Shown here: one piece after another, positions 50,310 to 59,425 of the stretch | Numbering within the stretch: position 1 is the stretch's first letter | Layout of the letters: each line of letters starts with the position of its first letter | DNA from: a virus | Reading direction: 5' to 3' (one strand) | IMG/VR virus record: IMGVR_UViG_3300044712_001218 | Coordinates: 9,402 to 73,401 of that record | Length of the DNA: 64,000 bases | The notes under the pieces: model-generated | Databases searched by the model: none | Told to the model about the DNA's origin: nothing | The model's input: only the letters and a program-made list of their open reading frames with translations | Translations under genes and position numbers: made by a program

Positions 50310-51172
50310 AATAGGTTATCTGCTTTTAATAGGGTTTCCAAATAATCTTCCAACCAAATTTGATTTTCACTGTGTCCTAATTTACATTTATCAATAAGAT
50401 CAGGAACTTCCTCAGCATCCTGAAAGAATAAACAATCCTCAAATCCTGATTCAATATCATACATTTCCAAAGTATCTGATTTAACTTGCTGAATTGGAAT
50501 TGAATTTACTAATAGAGCTTCATAGAATCTGGATACCAAACCATTAGCATTTCCTAATGGGGATAAGACAAAACGATATACTGCCATCTTCTGCAAATAA
50601 GCTTCCCAGCGCTGGATTTGTGGGTCAAATACATCCAATGGACAAGTTTTTTGTAATTTCCTTATCAATTCCTTTCTCTGAGTATATTGTCCAGCAGGTC
50701 CATTCAAACTTCCAATAAACACAGCCCTATCACATTTATAGTCATAATCAATACAAATAATATCCTGATAGTTCTTAGATGGACAAAGTCTGTGTAATTT
50801 AGTCCCCAAGCGTTTGCAATCATCCACATCATAATTATAATGATAGAGATTATCAAATCCCTGTAAGAATTTATAATTATCCTCATTCCAAGAGAAAATG
50901 GTTCCAAATATTCTCTCTGCTCCAAATACTACCACTTTTATTCCCTTATTATTACACTTCTCCACAAATCCCGGCTGATTAATTATACATTTATGAACAG
51001 AATAATGATCATCCCCTATGAATAGTATTCCAACATGATTTAAATCTTCCGTATGTAATACAATCTTTACATTTCCATATAACGCTAATAAAGCAAAATA
51101 GTAATTTCGGAACTCACTATGTTTAGTAAATCCGAGATCACAGACTAATCCTATTTCTAATTTCCGTTTCAT
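50306..51172 (-). CDS. Putative glycosyltransferase (GT-B, exostosin-like C-terminus)
   Basis: FIGS....Y..R; YRFVLSPLGN.....RFYEAL...SIPI. Confidence 0.65.
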   Translation of the reverse strand: MKRKLEIGLVCDLGFTKHSEFRNYYFALLALYGNVKIVLHTEDLNHVGILFIGDDHYSVHKCIINQPGFVEKCNNKGIKVVVFGAERIFGTIFSWNEDNYKFLQGFDNLYHYNYDVDDCKRLGTKLHRLCPSKNYQDIICIDYDYKCDRAVFIGSLNGPAGQYTQRKELIRKLQKTCPLDVFDPQIQRWEAYLQKMAVYRFVLSPLGNANGLVSRFYEALLVNSIPIQQVKSDTLEMYDIESGFEDCLFFQDAEEVPDLIDKCKLGHSENQIWLEDYLETLLKADNLL

Positions 51173-52740
51173 AGTTTAGTTATGAGATTACGCCAATACT
51201 CAAAGTTCATTTTTCCATAATTCCAATTTCTCAGTTTAATCCTTTCAAATTCCTTATTCAAAAAATCTTCAGTAATTCTACTCCAACTATCTACAAAACA
51301 AATAGGGAGATCATCATAAAAACGATTATTCAAATCACTCAATACAATAGGAATAGAACCCATATATAAAGTTTCCCATAACCGATGAGTATCTATTCCG
51401 TTTCCATCAGGACAAGCTACAAATTTATGATTATACACTTGATCAATATAAGTTTTAAAGGGAACCCTTTTTTCAACAGTCACCCACGATTTATCAGAAA
51501 AAAGAGTAGCTATAATTGGTCTTATATAATTAGTTTTATTATTATGATTGACATATAATAAATTCCGGAATTTCCTATCTTTCTTTAATCTCTCTACCAT
51601 ATCAGTTCTATTCACTAATCCTTTATCCCACATTGTATTAGGTATTCCTATCGGAATAGATTGTACTTTTGGATTAGGAGTATTAACATTTTGAGTATAC
51701 CATTTAATAACATTATCAGGTATTTCAAAACTATCATCAACATTAATATCACTATTATGAGTGATCACAATAAATTCACCTGACAAATGACGGAGTATAT
51801 TGAATAACTGATTTACATAAAAGGTATGAGTATAAACAATATTAACATCTTTTAAATTGAAAGGATCGAATGTATTTTCCAATTTACTATAATCATCGCG
51901 GTGTTTAATATTTGGAGAATAAATAGAATCGGCAATCTTCCAAAATCTTTCACCTTGTATCCAATCAATATTTCCAGATTTGGTAGCCCACGAAATTTCC
52001 CAATAATGAACAGCATAAGATTCTGGTAATATGAATTTCTTCCCATCTCTCTTTTCAAATCCTCTATTATTAGGAAAAGGATAAAAGTAATTAGGTGGTA
52101 AAGCAACCACCCCGGGCATATATCCTTTTATCACATCAAAGAAACAACGGGTAAAGAAATAGCTACTAATCACTTTTAAAACCTCTGCCTGAGTCATATC
52201 ATGGTTCCTTTTACTTATCTCCGATACCAGATATTCAGTAATAGGATGATGAGGAATACTTCCAATTAATCCAACATATAATTCCGGTTTCATTGGATAA
52301 CCTATTCCGGTTATAAATTCAGCATAGGATAATTCATCAAAAGGTTTTAAACATTCAAAATCAGTATCAACATATAATCCACCAAACTGATTTAATATAT
52401 GATACCTTAAAAAATCACTCTTTGGTCCGTAATTACTCATAGAAGCATAGAGTGATCTATTGATTATATTTAATTCATCCAAATCTCCTTCAGTCCACAA
52501 ACGGTATTCCCAATCCGGATTCATATCCCTCCAAGTGTTGGCCCACTTTTTATACTTATCCGGAAAGGGACTACCTAACCAAATTTGATGTATCTTTTTT
52601 GGAATGCTACTTTTTGATTTATCAGCATTAATAAAGTTCCGATCATAGAGTCGATCAAGAATAGCCCAGTTAGGAAAACTATCGTACTGCCTCTGGTTAA
52701 AAGCGTATGACTTTTTCATTAATATACTAAAATTACTCAT
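51169..52740 (-). CDS. Two-domain glycosyltransferase (GT32/OCH1-like + exostosin-like)
   Basis: IPKKIHQIWLG; SDFLRY.IL..FGGLYVDTD; CP.GNGIDTHR.WE.LY.G.IPIV. Confidence 0.85.
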   Translation of the reverse strand: MSNFSILMKKSYAFNQRQYDSFPNWAILDRLYDRNFINADKSKSSIPKKIHQIWLGSPFPDKYKKWANTWRDMNPDWEYRLWTEGDLDELNIINRSLYASMSNYGPKSDFLRYHILNQFGGLYVDTDFECLKPFDELSYAEFITGIGYPMKPELYVGLIGSIPHHPITEYLVSEISKRNHDMTQAEVLKVISSYFFTRCFFDVIKGYMPGVVALPPNYFYPFPNNRGFEKRDGKKFILPESYAVHYWEISWATKSGNIDWIQGERFWKIADSIYSPNIKHRDDYSKLENTFDPFNLKDVNIVYTHTFYVNQLFNILRHLSGEFIVITHNSDINVDDSFEIPDNVIKWYTQNVNTPNPKVQSIPIGIPNTMWDKGLVNRTDMVERLKKDRKFRNLLYVNHNNKTNYIRPIIATLFSDKSWVTVEKRVPFKTYIDQVYNHKFVACPDGNGIDTHRLWETLYMGSIPIVLSDLNNRFYDDLPICFVDSWSRITEDFLNKEFERIKLRNWNYGKMNFEYWRNLITKL

Positions 52741-53354
52741 ATTTTAAAGTATAAAGCATCTCCCCAACTTCTTGGTTTATCATTTGTGCAAAGGCGATGA
52801 AATCCAAACTCCACTAAAAATCGGTCTAAATCCCTAACTAAACAACATCCTTTATAAACTTCTTCAAAATTAACTTCGGAATATATAATATCAATATATT
52901 TCAAAGTATTTACTGCTCCTTTAAATACCTCCAACTCATATCCCTGAACATCTATATTAATCATATTATATTTTGAATGATCAAACATTATCATGTCTAA
53001 CTTTTCCATCATTACCGTTTCCCTCTGATCAAACACAATCTGAGGATATTGTTTTAAATGAGTCCCGGGCTCCAATACACTACTACTCATTCCATTATTT
53101 ACCGTCTCTACAAACATCTGAACTTCCCCTACCTGATTTCCTAAGGCTAATTTAAAAGGAACCGCTGTAGAATCATTAGCCAAGGTTTTTAGTAACTGAT
53201 CATAATTAGATTGAAGAGGCTCAAAGAAAAGCATATTCTTTATCCCATTCCTCTTATAAATAGGATATTCCTGACCATAATGGGCTCCTATATGGATAAC
53301 TCCATTAATTTTCAAGCAATACTTCCTGATTATATCTTCCAGTTTTATAAGCAT
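52737..53354 (-). CDS. FkbM family methyltransferase
   Basis: HIGAH.G; FEP; SSS.L; IDVQGYELEV.KG; WGDALY. Confidence 0.88.
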   Translation of the reverse strand: MLIKLEDIIRKYCLKINGVIHIGAHYGQEYPIYKRNGIKNMLFFEPLQSNYDQLLKTLANDSTAVPFKLALGNQVGEVQMFVETVNNGMSSSVLEPGTHLKQYPQIVFDQRETVMMEKLDMIMFDHSKYNMINIDVQGYELEVFKGAVNTLKYIDIIYSEVNFEEVYKGCCLVRDLDRFLVEFGFHRLCTNDKPRSWGDALYFKI

Positions 53355-54145
53355 ACTATCCTCCCCGGTGATTCTAATCTAGTCCATCCAGCAGGACACA
53401 TAAAATCCATATCAGTCATTGCTGGGTCATTTATATCTTTCCTCCATTGAATTGGAGTTATTACTTGTTTATCAATATTCTGATTTAAATATGCTGCCCA
53501 CCAACTAAATGTACTATTTGCAATTATATTATTATTACAGAGTCTCATCAAATCAAAGGACAAATAGTCAGGCAGATGTACTAAAGTAGCATTTTCAAAC
53601 TTATCACCACACCACGGTAGATCATCACTAAAAACATAAATATCACCTTTATCCTTTATACTATCTAAAGCATTCCTATAATAATCCAAGCCCAACAAAT
53701 AATGACCATTAGCCTGCAGATAATCACCTCTACGTACATGAATAGAAGTAGATTGATTCAATATAATCTTTTCCCTTAATTCCATATACTCTTCCGTATA
53801 CCACCCTATAGTTACTTTGAAAATATTATATAGTTTAGGAAGGATTTCCTGAAAGTATCCCGGATGTTGCCAATATCCATAGAAATAACAATTATCCATG
53901 GTAAGGTAGTTCATATTTTTAACATATCCGGTCTTTACTTCATTTATAATGGTACCCTTCATTCTTGGAAGAGGATGAACTATTGTATAAAATTTGTTAA
54001 GTCGGTAAGGTCTTGTTTCATCACGGTATCCATTAAACCAAGAGAGATCATAACGTACAATATGCCCATGATGTTCCAAAGTATGCCCAAAAGCATACTG
54101 GAATAATTGATTTCCCAAACCACCATATATTTTAACAATATTCAT
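53345..54145 (-). CDS. Alpha-1,2-fucosyltransferase (GT11)
   Basis: GGLGNQLFQYA; GYWQ; HVRRGDY; FSDD..W; IIANSTFSWWAAYL. Confidence 0.92.
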   Translation of the reverse strand: MNIVKIYGGLGNQLFQYAFGHTLEHHGHIVRYDLSWFNGYRDETRPYRLNKFYTIVHPLPRMKGTIINEVKTGYVKNMNYLTMDNCYFYGYWQHPGYFQEILPKLYNIFKVTIGWYTEEYMELREKIILNQSTSIHVRRGDYLQANGHYLLGLDYYRNALDSIKDKGDIYVFSDDLPWCGDKFENATLVHLPDYLSFDLMRLCNNNIIANSTFSWWAAYLNQNIDKQVITPIQWRKDINDPAMTDMDFMCPAGWTRLESPGRIVCL

Positions 54146-54836
54146 AGCATTCTTCTAAAGCAACTTTTCTAAACTGAGTTATAGAACTATCTGGTGATAA
54201 ATTGAGTATTTCTACCCCTAATTTCTTAGCATCAATGTCAATTTGTTTAAATCCCATTAGATGCATATCAAAAGGCATTTCCATTGCTTTGCGAGGATTA
54301 CGTGATTCCATCCTATGATAAACATCATGCCAATGTTGTGCCTTATTATCCCCTAACTTCATATCAAATCCCAATAACATTATTCTCTTTGCCCCCATAT
54401 GAACTGCCAAACTGATGGAAGCAGCTCCTGAATTATGATTCCAACTTACTTTTCTAGGATCAGGACTTATTCCTTTTACATGATTAACATCTCTAGCTAC
54501 ATATTTAATCCATGGTTCTCTTGCAGCATGAGGATCACAGCAAACCTTTAAACCTGGAAATTCAGCTAACTTATGTTCATTCTTAAGGAAAAAGCTATGA
54601 TCACCAAAAAATACTACATCCACCCAATCACCTAACATATAAGCTACATTAATTCCAATAACATGTTTATCATGTAACTCTTTCATATAAGGGGAATAAA
54701 CGTTTAGAGGGGAAGTACCAGCAATTACGCTCTGTACAACCTCTTTAGGAATACCGAACAACTTGGTAATAGACGGTCCTCCCCCTATTATCCAAACGTC
54801 CCCTCCCTCCCATATTTTAGGAGCTATCCAACTCAT
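54132..54836 (-). CDS. DUF115/Maf-like (GT29-like fold) putative glycosyltransferase
   Basis: IIGGGPS; IGIN; NSG...I.LA...GA.RI.LLGFD; I.N.SP.S. Confidence 0.65.
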   Translation of the reverse strand: MSWIAPKIWEGGDVWIIGGGPSITKLFGIPKEVVQSVIAGTSPLNVYSPYMKELHDKHVIGINVAYMLGDWVDVVFFGDHSFFLKNEHKLAEFPGLKVCCDPHAAREPWIKYVARDVNHVKGISPDPRKVSWNHNSGAASISLAVHMGAKRIMLLGFDMKLGDNKAQHWHDVYHRMESRNPRKAMEMPFDMHLMGFKQIDIDAKKLGVEILNLSPDSSITQFRKVALEECYEYC

Positions 54837-55234
54837 GCTGATAAATCTTTTACAAATTGTTTTGCCAACTCTTCAGTCAGATCAGTTTTAGTATTCAAAA
54901 CCTTTCCACTTTTATCAACAATGTCAAAAAACTCAGAATCTTTCCTTTTCTGTACTTTATAAGTAACCAGAGCTGGGCGTACCGGATTGGCTTCTCTTTC
55001 CGATTTTAAAGGACTGAGAGCAATCACAACATCACGGAATCCTTTGGGAATTTGCTCCTCATATGCTTTAAAAATCTCATTTGGTTTAATCAATCGCTTT
55101 CCAATATAAAAATCACCTCCTCCAACTTTCTTCCAAGTAGTACGAGTATCTACCGGTACTTGTTTAACCTCTTGTACCACTTCTTTTACTTCTTCCTCTT
55201 TTTTGGTTTGATCACCTTTTTTTAAACGTTCCAT
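54833..55234 (-). CDS. Hypothetical protein downstream of capsid gene
   Basis: ORF track; starts MERLKKGDQ. Confidence 0.65.
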   Translation of the reverse strand: MERLKKGDQTKKEEEVKEVVQEVKQVPVDTRTTWKKVGGGDFYIGKRLIKPNEIFKAYEEQIPKGFRDVVIALSPLKSEREANPVRPALVTYKVQKRKDSEFFDIVDKSGKVLNTKTDLTEELAKQFVKDLSA

Positions 55235-55262
55235 TGTTTTACACTTTTAAGTTAAAAATTAA

Positions 55263-55277
55263 CCTCTTGATTAGAGG
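55263..55277 (-). terminator. Short hairpin plus U-rich tail after capsid gene
   Basis: CCTCT-AATCA-AGAGG-TTAATTTTT on the minus strand. Confidence 0.45.
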
Positions 55278-55287
55278 GAAAATTCAA

Positions 55288-56397
55288 TTAAGTAGTAGCA
55301 TGAACAATACCACATTTTCCATTCTGATCAGAACGAATCTGAGGAACCTGAATGGTCATAACCTTGAATTTGGTCAGGAAATCACCTTCAACTCCCCACT
55401 GAACATTCTGAAGACCCATACCCTGTACTAATCTTACAGTATCAGGAGTCATCTGAACCAACAATAAATTGTCGGTGGGAAGAGTATCAATAACTTTAAT
55501 GTCCTTGATACCAGTGAGTTTCATAATACGCTCACGTATGGTCAGCATGGATGAACCAGCTACATCATAATCATTCTCCAATACTCTTTCATAAGCAGTG
55601 GGAATATAAAGCATATACGGGCCATAATGATAAGCGGCACGAGCAGCAGCTTTCAAATCCTGTACATCCTGAAGGATGCCAGCAGGAGTGATTGCTGAAT
55701 GATCCCAAGGAATACTGATATTTACCAAGTTCCTATCAGGGAAATTCAGATAACTGTAAATCTTGTTACGATTACGATCATCTTTGTCACCCCAAGCATA
55801 GGAGGTATCAGTAAACAGCAGATTCTCCAGTTTCTCATTTACAGCACGAGCAGCATTCTGAGCCAAAGTGGTATCCAGAGGATTCCCTAAAGAACGACTG
55901 GCTTCAAGTTCCCTTGTGTTGATTTCATAATCAACATGAATGATCGGTATAGGCAAATAATTGGTCTGGAACTCAACAGCATCATTATTACCACGGGTAA
56001 TACCATCCATGGTCATAACAGCTGACAGAGCCGTTCCAACATCATGCCATTCCAGTACCATAGTACCAAGGGCATTTCCAAGCGTATAGGTGAGACCGTT
56101 TGATCTCAGATCATCAATACCACCAAGACGATACCGCCCCGGCTCCATAATAGCCTCATCCAACAGTTTCCACTCATCCCTACGAAGGGTACCGGCATTG
56201 GTTTGGATTTCCCGTTCTACCCAGCTGTTTTTATTCCCAATAGGGCCACCTTTGTAAACGTTAACATAAACCTTACCATTATCCTTTATATAAGGACGCA
56301 TTTTAGAGTAATTCAAGGCACCGTTTCCGACAAATCGCTTTGCCACTTCACCTCTTACTCCGTCTCTTCCAATTAAATCTACATTTGCTCCAGGCAT
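55288..56397 (-). CDS. Major capsid protein (HK97 fold, linocin/encapsulin-like family)
   Basis: TLR.DEW..LD; PIPIIH.D..I..R.L.ASR..G.PLDT; follows protease and decoration genes; strong SD. Confidence 0.85.
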   Translation of the reverse strand: MPGANVDLIGRDGVRGEVAKRFVGNGALNYSKMRPYIKDNGKVYVNVYKGGPIGNKNSWVEREIQTNAGTLRRDEWKLLDEAIMEPGRYRLGGIDDLRSNGLTYTLGNALGTMVLEWHDVGTALSAVMTMDGITRGNNDAVEFQTNYLPIPIIHVDYEINTRELEASRSLGNPLDTTLAQNAARAVNEKLENLLFTDTSYAWGDKDDRNRNKIYSYLNFPDRNLVNISIPWDHSAITPAGILQDVQDLKAAARAAYHYGPYMLYIPTAYERVLENDYDVAGSSMLTIRERIMKLTGIKDIKVIDTLPTDNLLLVQMTPDTVRLVQGMGLQNVQWGVEGDFLTKFKVMTIQVPQIRSDQNGKCGIVHATT

Positions 56398-56424
56398 TGT
56401 TTTTCCTCCTTTGTCTGTTTAAAG

Positions 56425-56919
56425 TTATACAATTCTTACTTTGCAGAGTTGACGTGCCGGAGTATCACTCGAACCAGCAGCAGACAAACTTGTCAAATCC
56501 AAAGCTTCGAGAGCCTGTGCAACTATACTATTAGTGTATATTGAATTGGCCTGCTGGGCATCATTTGATTCCCAGCTTTCCGGTGAATACTTAGTAAGAT
56601 AACCTGCTCCATTAGAGATCAGGAAATCACCAATAGCAATATTCTGCTCATCTGCTACCAAAGCAGCAACTTCATCTCCACGTCCCGGGATCCAAATCTG
56701 GATCATATCACCAGCAACAAAAGCATCACCAGTCGTTTTTCCTTGCATTACATCCTCCAGCACAAACTGGGGAAGAGCATCCTTACCAGCTCCAGAATGA
56801 GCACGGAATTTACCTGTACTCATTAACTCTACCAACATACCCGGTTTTACGGCAGCATTAGCTTCACCCTCAATAAATATATTGGAGTAGTTTTTTAACT
56901 TAATGGTTTTATAAGCCAT
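56425..56919 (-). CDS. Head decoration protein
   Basis: A.AAVKPG.LV; IAIGD.L.S.G.G.L; between protease and capsid genes. Confidence 0.7.
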   Translation of the reverse strand: MAYKTIKLKNYSNIFIEGEANAAVKPGMLVELMSTGKFRAHSGAGKDALPQFVLEDVMQGKTTGDAFVAGDMIQIWIPGRGDEVAALVADEQNIAIGDFLISNGAGYLTKYSPESWESNDAQQANSIYTNSIVAQALEALDLTSLSAAGSSDTPARQLCKVRIV

Positions 56920-56937
56920 ACGATTTTCCTCCTTTCC

Positions 56938-58362
56938 TTATTTTTCAATTGTTACACCTGCAGGATATAAAGGCTCATCGTCTCCAGCCTGCGCATTAGT
57001 TTCCATACGGGCACCAATAACAGAATAAGAATTAACTTCTTCCTCTTCCTTCTTAGTTACCGAAGCAGCCATTTTTTCCAAAGTGGCGTCTGACATTGCT
57101 GCCAATTCTGCATCCGACCACAAATCCTTAGCGGTATTTGCTTGGATACCTTTGATCAATGAAGTCCTTTTTTCCTGTCTCAGTTTCTGAACATAAGCAA
57201 TATCAGCTGACTGCTCAGGAGTAAGTTTATTGACTTCAATAATCTTCTCAACTTCCCTTACTACCTCTTTCACTTCCTGTTTCGAAATTGCTTCCAATAC
57301 AGGTTTACTCAAGGCTTCGAGTTCCGGACGCTGTTCTTCAGTAAATCTCTTATTAGCAATAAGATCATTTACAATCTTAACACATTCGGGGCATTTCGAT
57401 GTTTCACCCATTGTATTAACCTCCTTTTTAACATTAGTATTAAATTTACCTCTCGTGAGTTTAGGAGCACTATGTACTTCCACAAACTCAATTTTCTTCG
57501 TAACTTCAGTAGGGGTATCTTTTAACTCAAATACACCATTGTTAAAAGTGTAATTTTGTTTATACATATGACTCCCACCAATACGAAGGCGAACTTCATA
57601 GACAACATAAGACTCAAACACATCCTGAAGGAAATGCATTGAATCCTGATTATCCATTGCATCAAGTTTATTCTGAGCAGCGTTAACCACCGTTTTATAC
57701 CCTTGATCGGTATTGTTTTCAATTATTGACTGAATGTTTTGTAACTTCAGCGTTTTAGTTTCATCTGCAGTCACATCGTTTCCTCCTTCCTTTTTACTAT
57801 TTGTTCGTACTCCACAACCATCATTCCAAGAACAAGCACCAATCCCTCCGGGCAAGAGAGCGAGATGATCCGGTCTTAGATTTCTGGCTATTGCTTCATA
57901 AGTTTCCCCATTCCAATCACCATCAACAATTTCATCTTCCGTAAATACACCTACACTAACTTCCAATGGAAGACCATTCTGAATATGTTCATGAGCAGTT
58001 GGTGATAGTTGTCTTAATTTATCTTCATCCAACCAAGCCTCCGATCTTAATTTAGAACCATTCATGTGAGTATGGTATACTCTACCCACAGAACGTTCAT
58101 CTATTACATCAGGAGCATTAGCCGATATATTTTGTCCTTCTACTCGTGGATGGTCTATTATAATAGGAATACCATTCCATGATTCCGGAAATTTACCTAA
58201 TTCTGTAGCCAAATGCAATACAGGACCTGCACTTCCATGATGAACTCCTTCTACCATCATAGTTACAGGAACTACCAAATGATTCCTTCCCTGATGTACT
58301 CTTGTCTGAGCAGAATATTCTGACTGATTGGTATTTACTGATATTAATTCTTTAGTTTCCAT
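56938..58362 (-). CDS. Prohead protease-scaffold (DUF2213-like)
   Basis: EGV; WNG.PI..DHP; EVSVG; PDHLALLP...GACS..DGCG; helical scaffold C-terminus. Confidence 0.8.
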   Translation of the reverse strand: METKELISVNTNQSEYSAQTRVHQGRNHLVVPVTMMVEGVHHGSAGPVLHLATELGKFPESWNGIPIIIDHPRVEGQNISANAPDVIDERSVGRVYHTHMNGSKLRSEAWLDEDKLRQLSPTAHEHIQNGLPLEVSVGVFTEDEIVDGDWNGETYEAIARNLRPDHLALLPGGIGACSWNDGCGVRTNSKKEGGNDVTADETKTLKLQNIQSIIENNTDQGYKTVVNAAQNKLDAMDNQDSMHFLQDVFESYVVYEVRLRIGGSHMYKQNYTFNNGVFELKDTPTEVTKKIEFVEVHSAPKLTRGKFNTNVKKEVNTMGETSKCPECVKIVNDLIANKRFTEEQRPELEALSKPVLEAISKQEVKEVVREVEKIIEVNKLTPEQSADIAYVQKLRQEKRTSLIKGIQANTAKDLWSDAELAAMSDATLEKMAASVTKKEEEEVNSYSVIGARMETNAQAGDDEPLYPAGVTIEK

Positions 58363-58456
58363 ATATTATCCTATTAAATGCAAACTGAGTAGTAAATAAC
58401 TAACTAAAAGACCTATTACAAAACCTACTAAATATTTCCAATTTTTCATAGTTTCC

Positions 58457-58678
58457 TCATTTTAAATCCACCCTCCGTTTCAATATCCACACCGTCACAT
58501 GAACGGGCGCAACCAGGATAAATGCCCCGCAAACTATATAAGTCGGTATTGCAGGATTCACCCCGCATATGGTAAGTATTATTCCAATAGCAATTACCCC
58601 GGCTGCCGTCCATTTGAAAGTTGCGAACCACTTTAAATAAAAGGTTACTATTTTGGGGTATTTTGTTTCTTTATTCAT
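58457..58678 (-). CDS. Small membrane protein
   Basis: Two TM helices. Confidence 0.55.
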   Translation of the reverse strand: MNKETKYPKIVTFYLKWFATFKWTAAGVIAIGIILTICGVNPAIPTYIVCGAFILVAPVHVTVWILKRRVDLK

Positions 58679-59049
58679 ATTCTGGCTTGCGCTAATTGCG
58701 TTACTGAGATATCCAAATAGTATTCCCTGTCCTCAAATCGCACCCAATTTCCATGTTTATCACCGCGGTTCAATTCGATAACATAACCATGCCGATTGCC
58801 CGGAAGTACTGTAAATGGGAAAGTGCCATCAGGTTTTGTAACTGGAACACCAGTAAGATATTCATAAAATTCACCGATCATTTTTTGCTCGTCTCCCGGA
58901 TTATCCCTCCACGGAATAGCGATCAAATCCATATCCCGTTGCATGCTTCCGTGAATAACAAGATTGTAACCGTAGTATTCGGCTATTTGCTTCATGTTCT
59001 CATAGAACATTGTGTAAAGTCCAGGTTTTACCGCTATTGGTTTTGCCAT
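58675..59049 (-). CDS. Minimal nucleotidyltransferase-like phage protein
   Basis: GY.L.IHGS..RDMDLIAIPW (hGS..D.D); YLDISV. Confidence 0.55.
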   Translation of the reverse strand: MAKPIAVKPGLYTMFYENMKQIAEYYGYNLVIHGSMQRDMDLIAIPWRDNPGDEQKMIGEFYEYLTGVPVTKPDGTFPFTVLPGNRHGYVIELNRGDKHGNWVRFEDREYYLDISVTQLAQARI

Positions 59050-59050
59050 G

Positions 59051-59425
59051 TTAATCTTTTTTATCCTTTATCCAATCGCTCGTAAATATCACTTCAAACA
59101 CCACACCATACCCTAAATTGCAGATCAGGAAAAACGCCCACCACGTTCCCTCCATATGAATCAGCCACCCCAAATAGATAATAGCCTCAATCATTACAAA
59201 CTTTAGAAAATGCCAGAAGTCATTCAGTCCAATAAGCGGGCCGTTTAAAAGCATCATAAACCACCACTTTCCTTTGGTGAATAATCTTTGACTTGGATGT
59301 AACCACCTGACAAGGAAAGCGGGTTTAGTGATCTTTGATATCAGCATCCATGAATAGCGGAATTTAACCCGGTCCATGAGGCCGATCAGAATGAAGATTA
59401 TGAGGAGGGTTAGGAATGGTTTCAT
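59051..59425 (-). CDS. Membrane protein
   Basis: Multiple TM helices; DFWHFLK. Confidence 0.6.
   Translation of the reverse strand: MKPFLTLLIIFILIGLMDRVKFRYSWMLISKITKPAFLVRWLHPSQRLFTKGKWWFMMLLNGPLIGLNDFWHFLKFVMIEAIIYLGWLIHMEGTWWAFFLICNLGYGVVFEVIFTSDWIKDKKD

Noticed and set aside
55288-56397. Encapsulin or linocin bacteriocin
   Set aside because: Protease-decoration-capsid-connector synteny indicates a phage capsid protein
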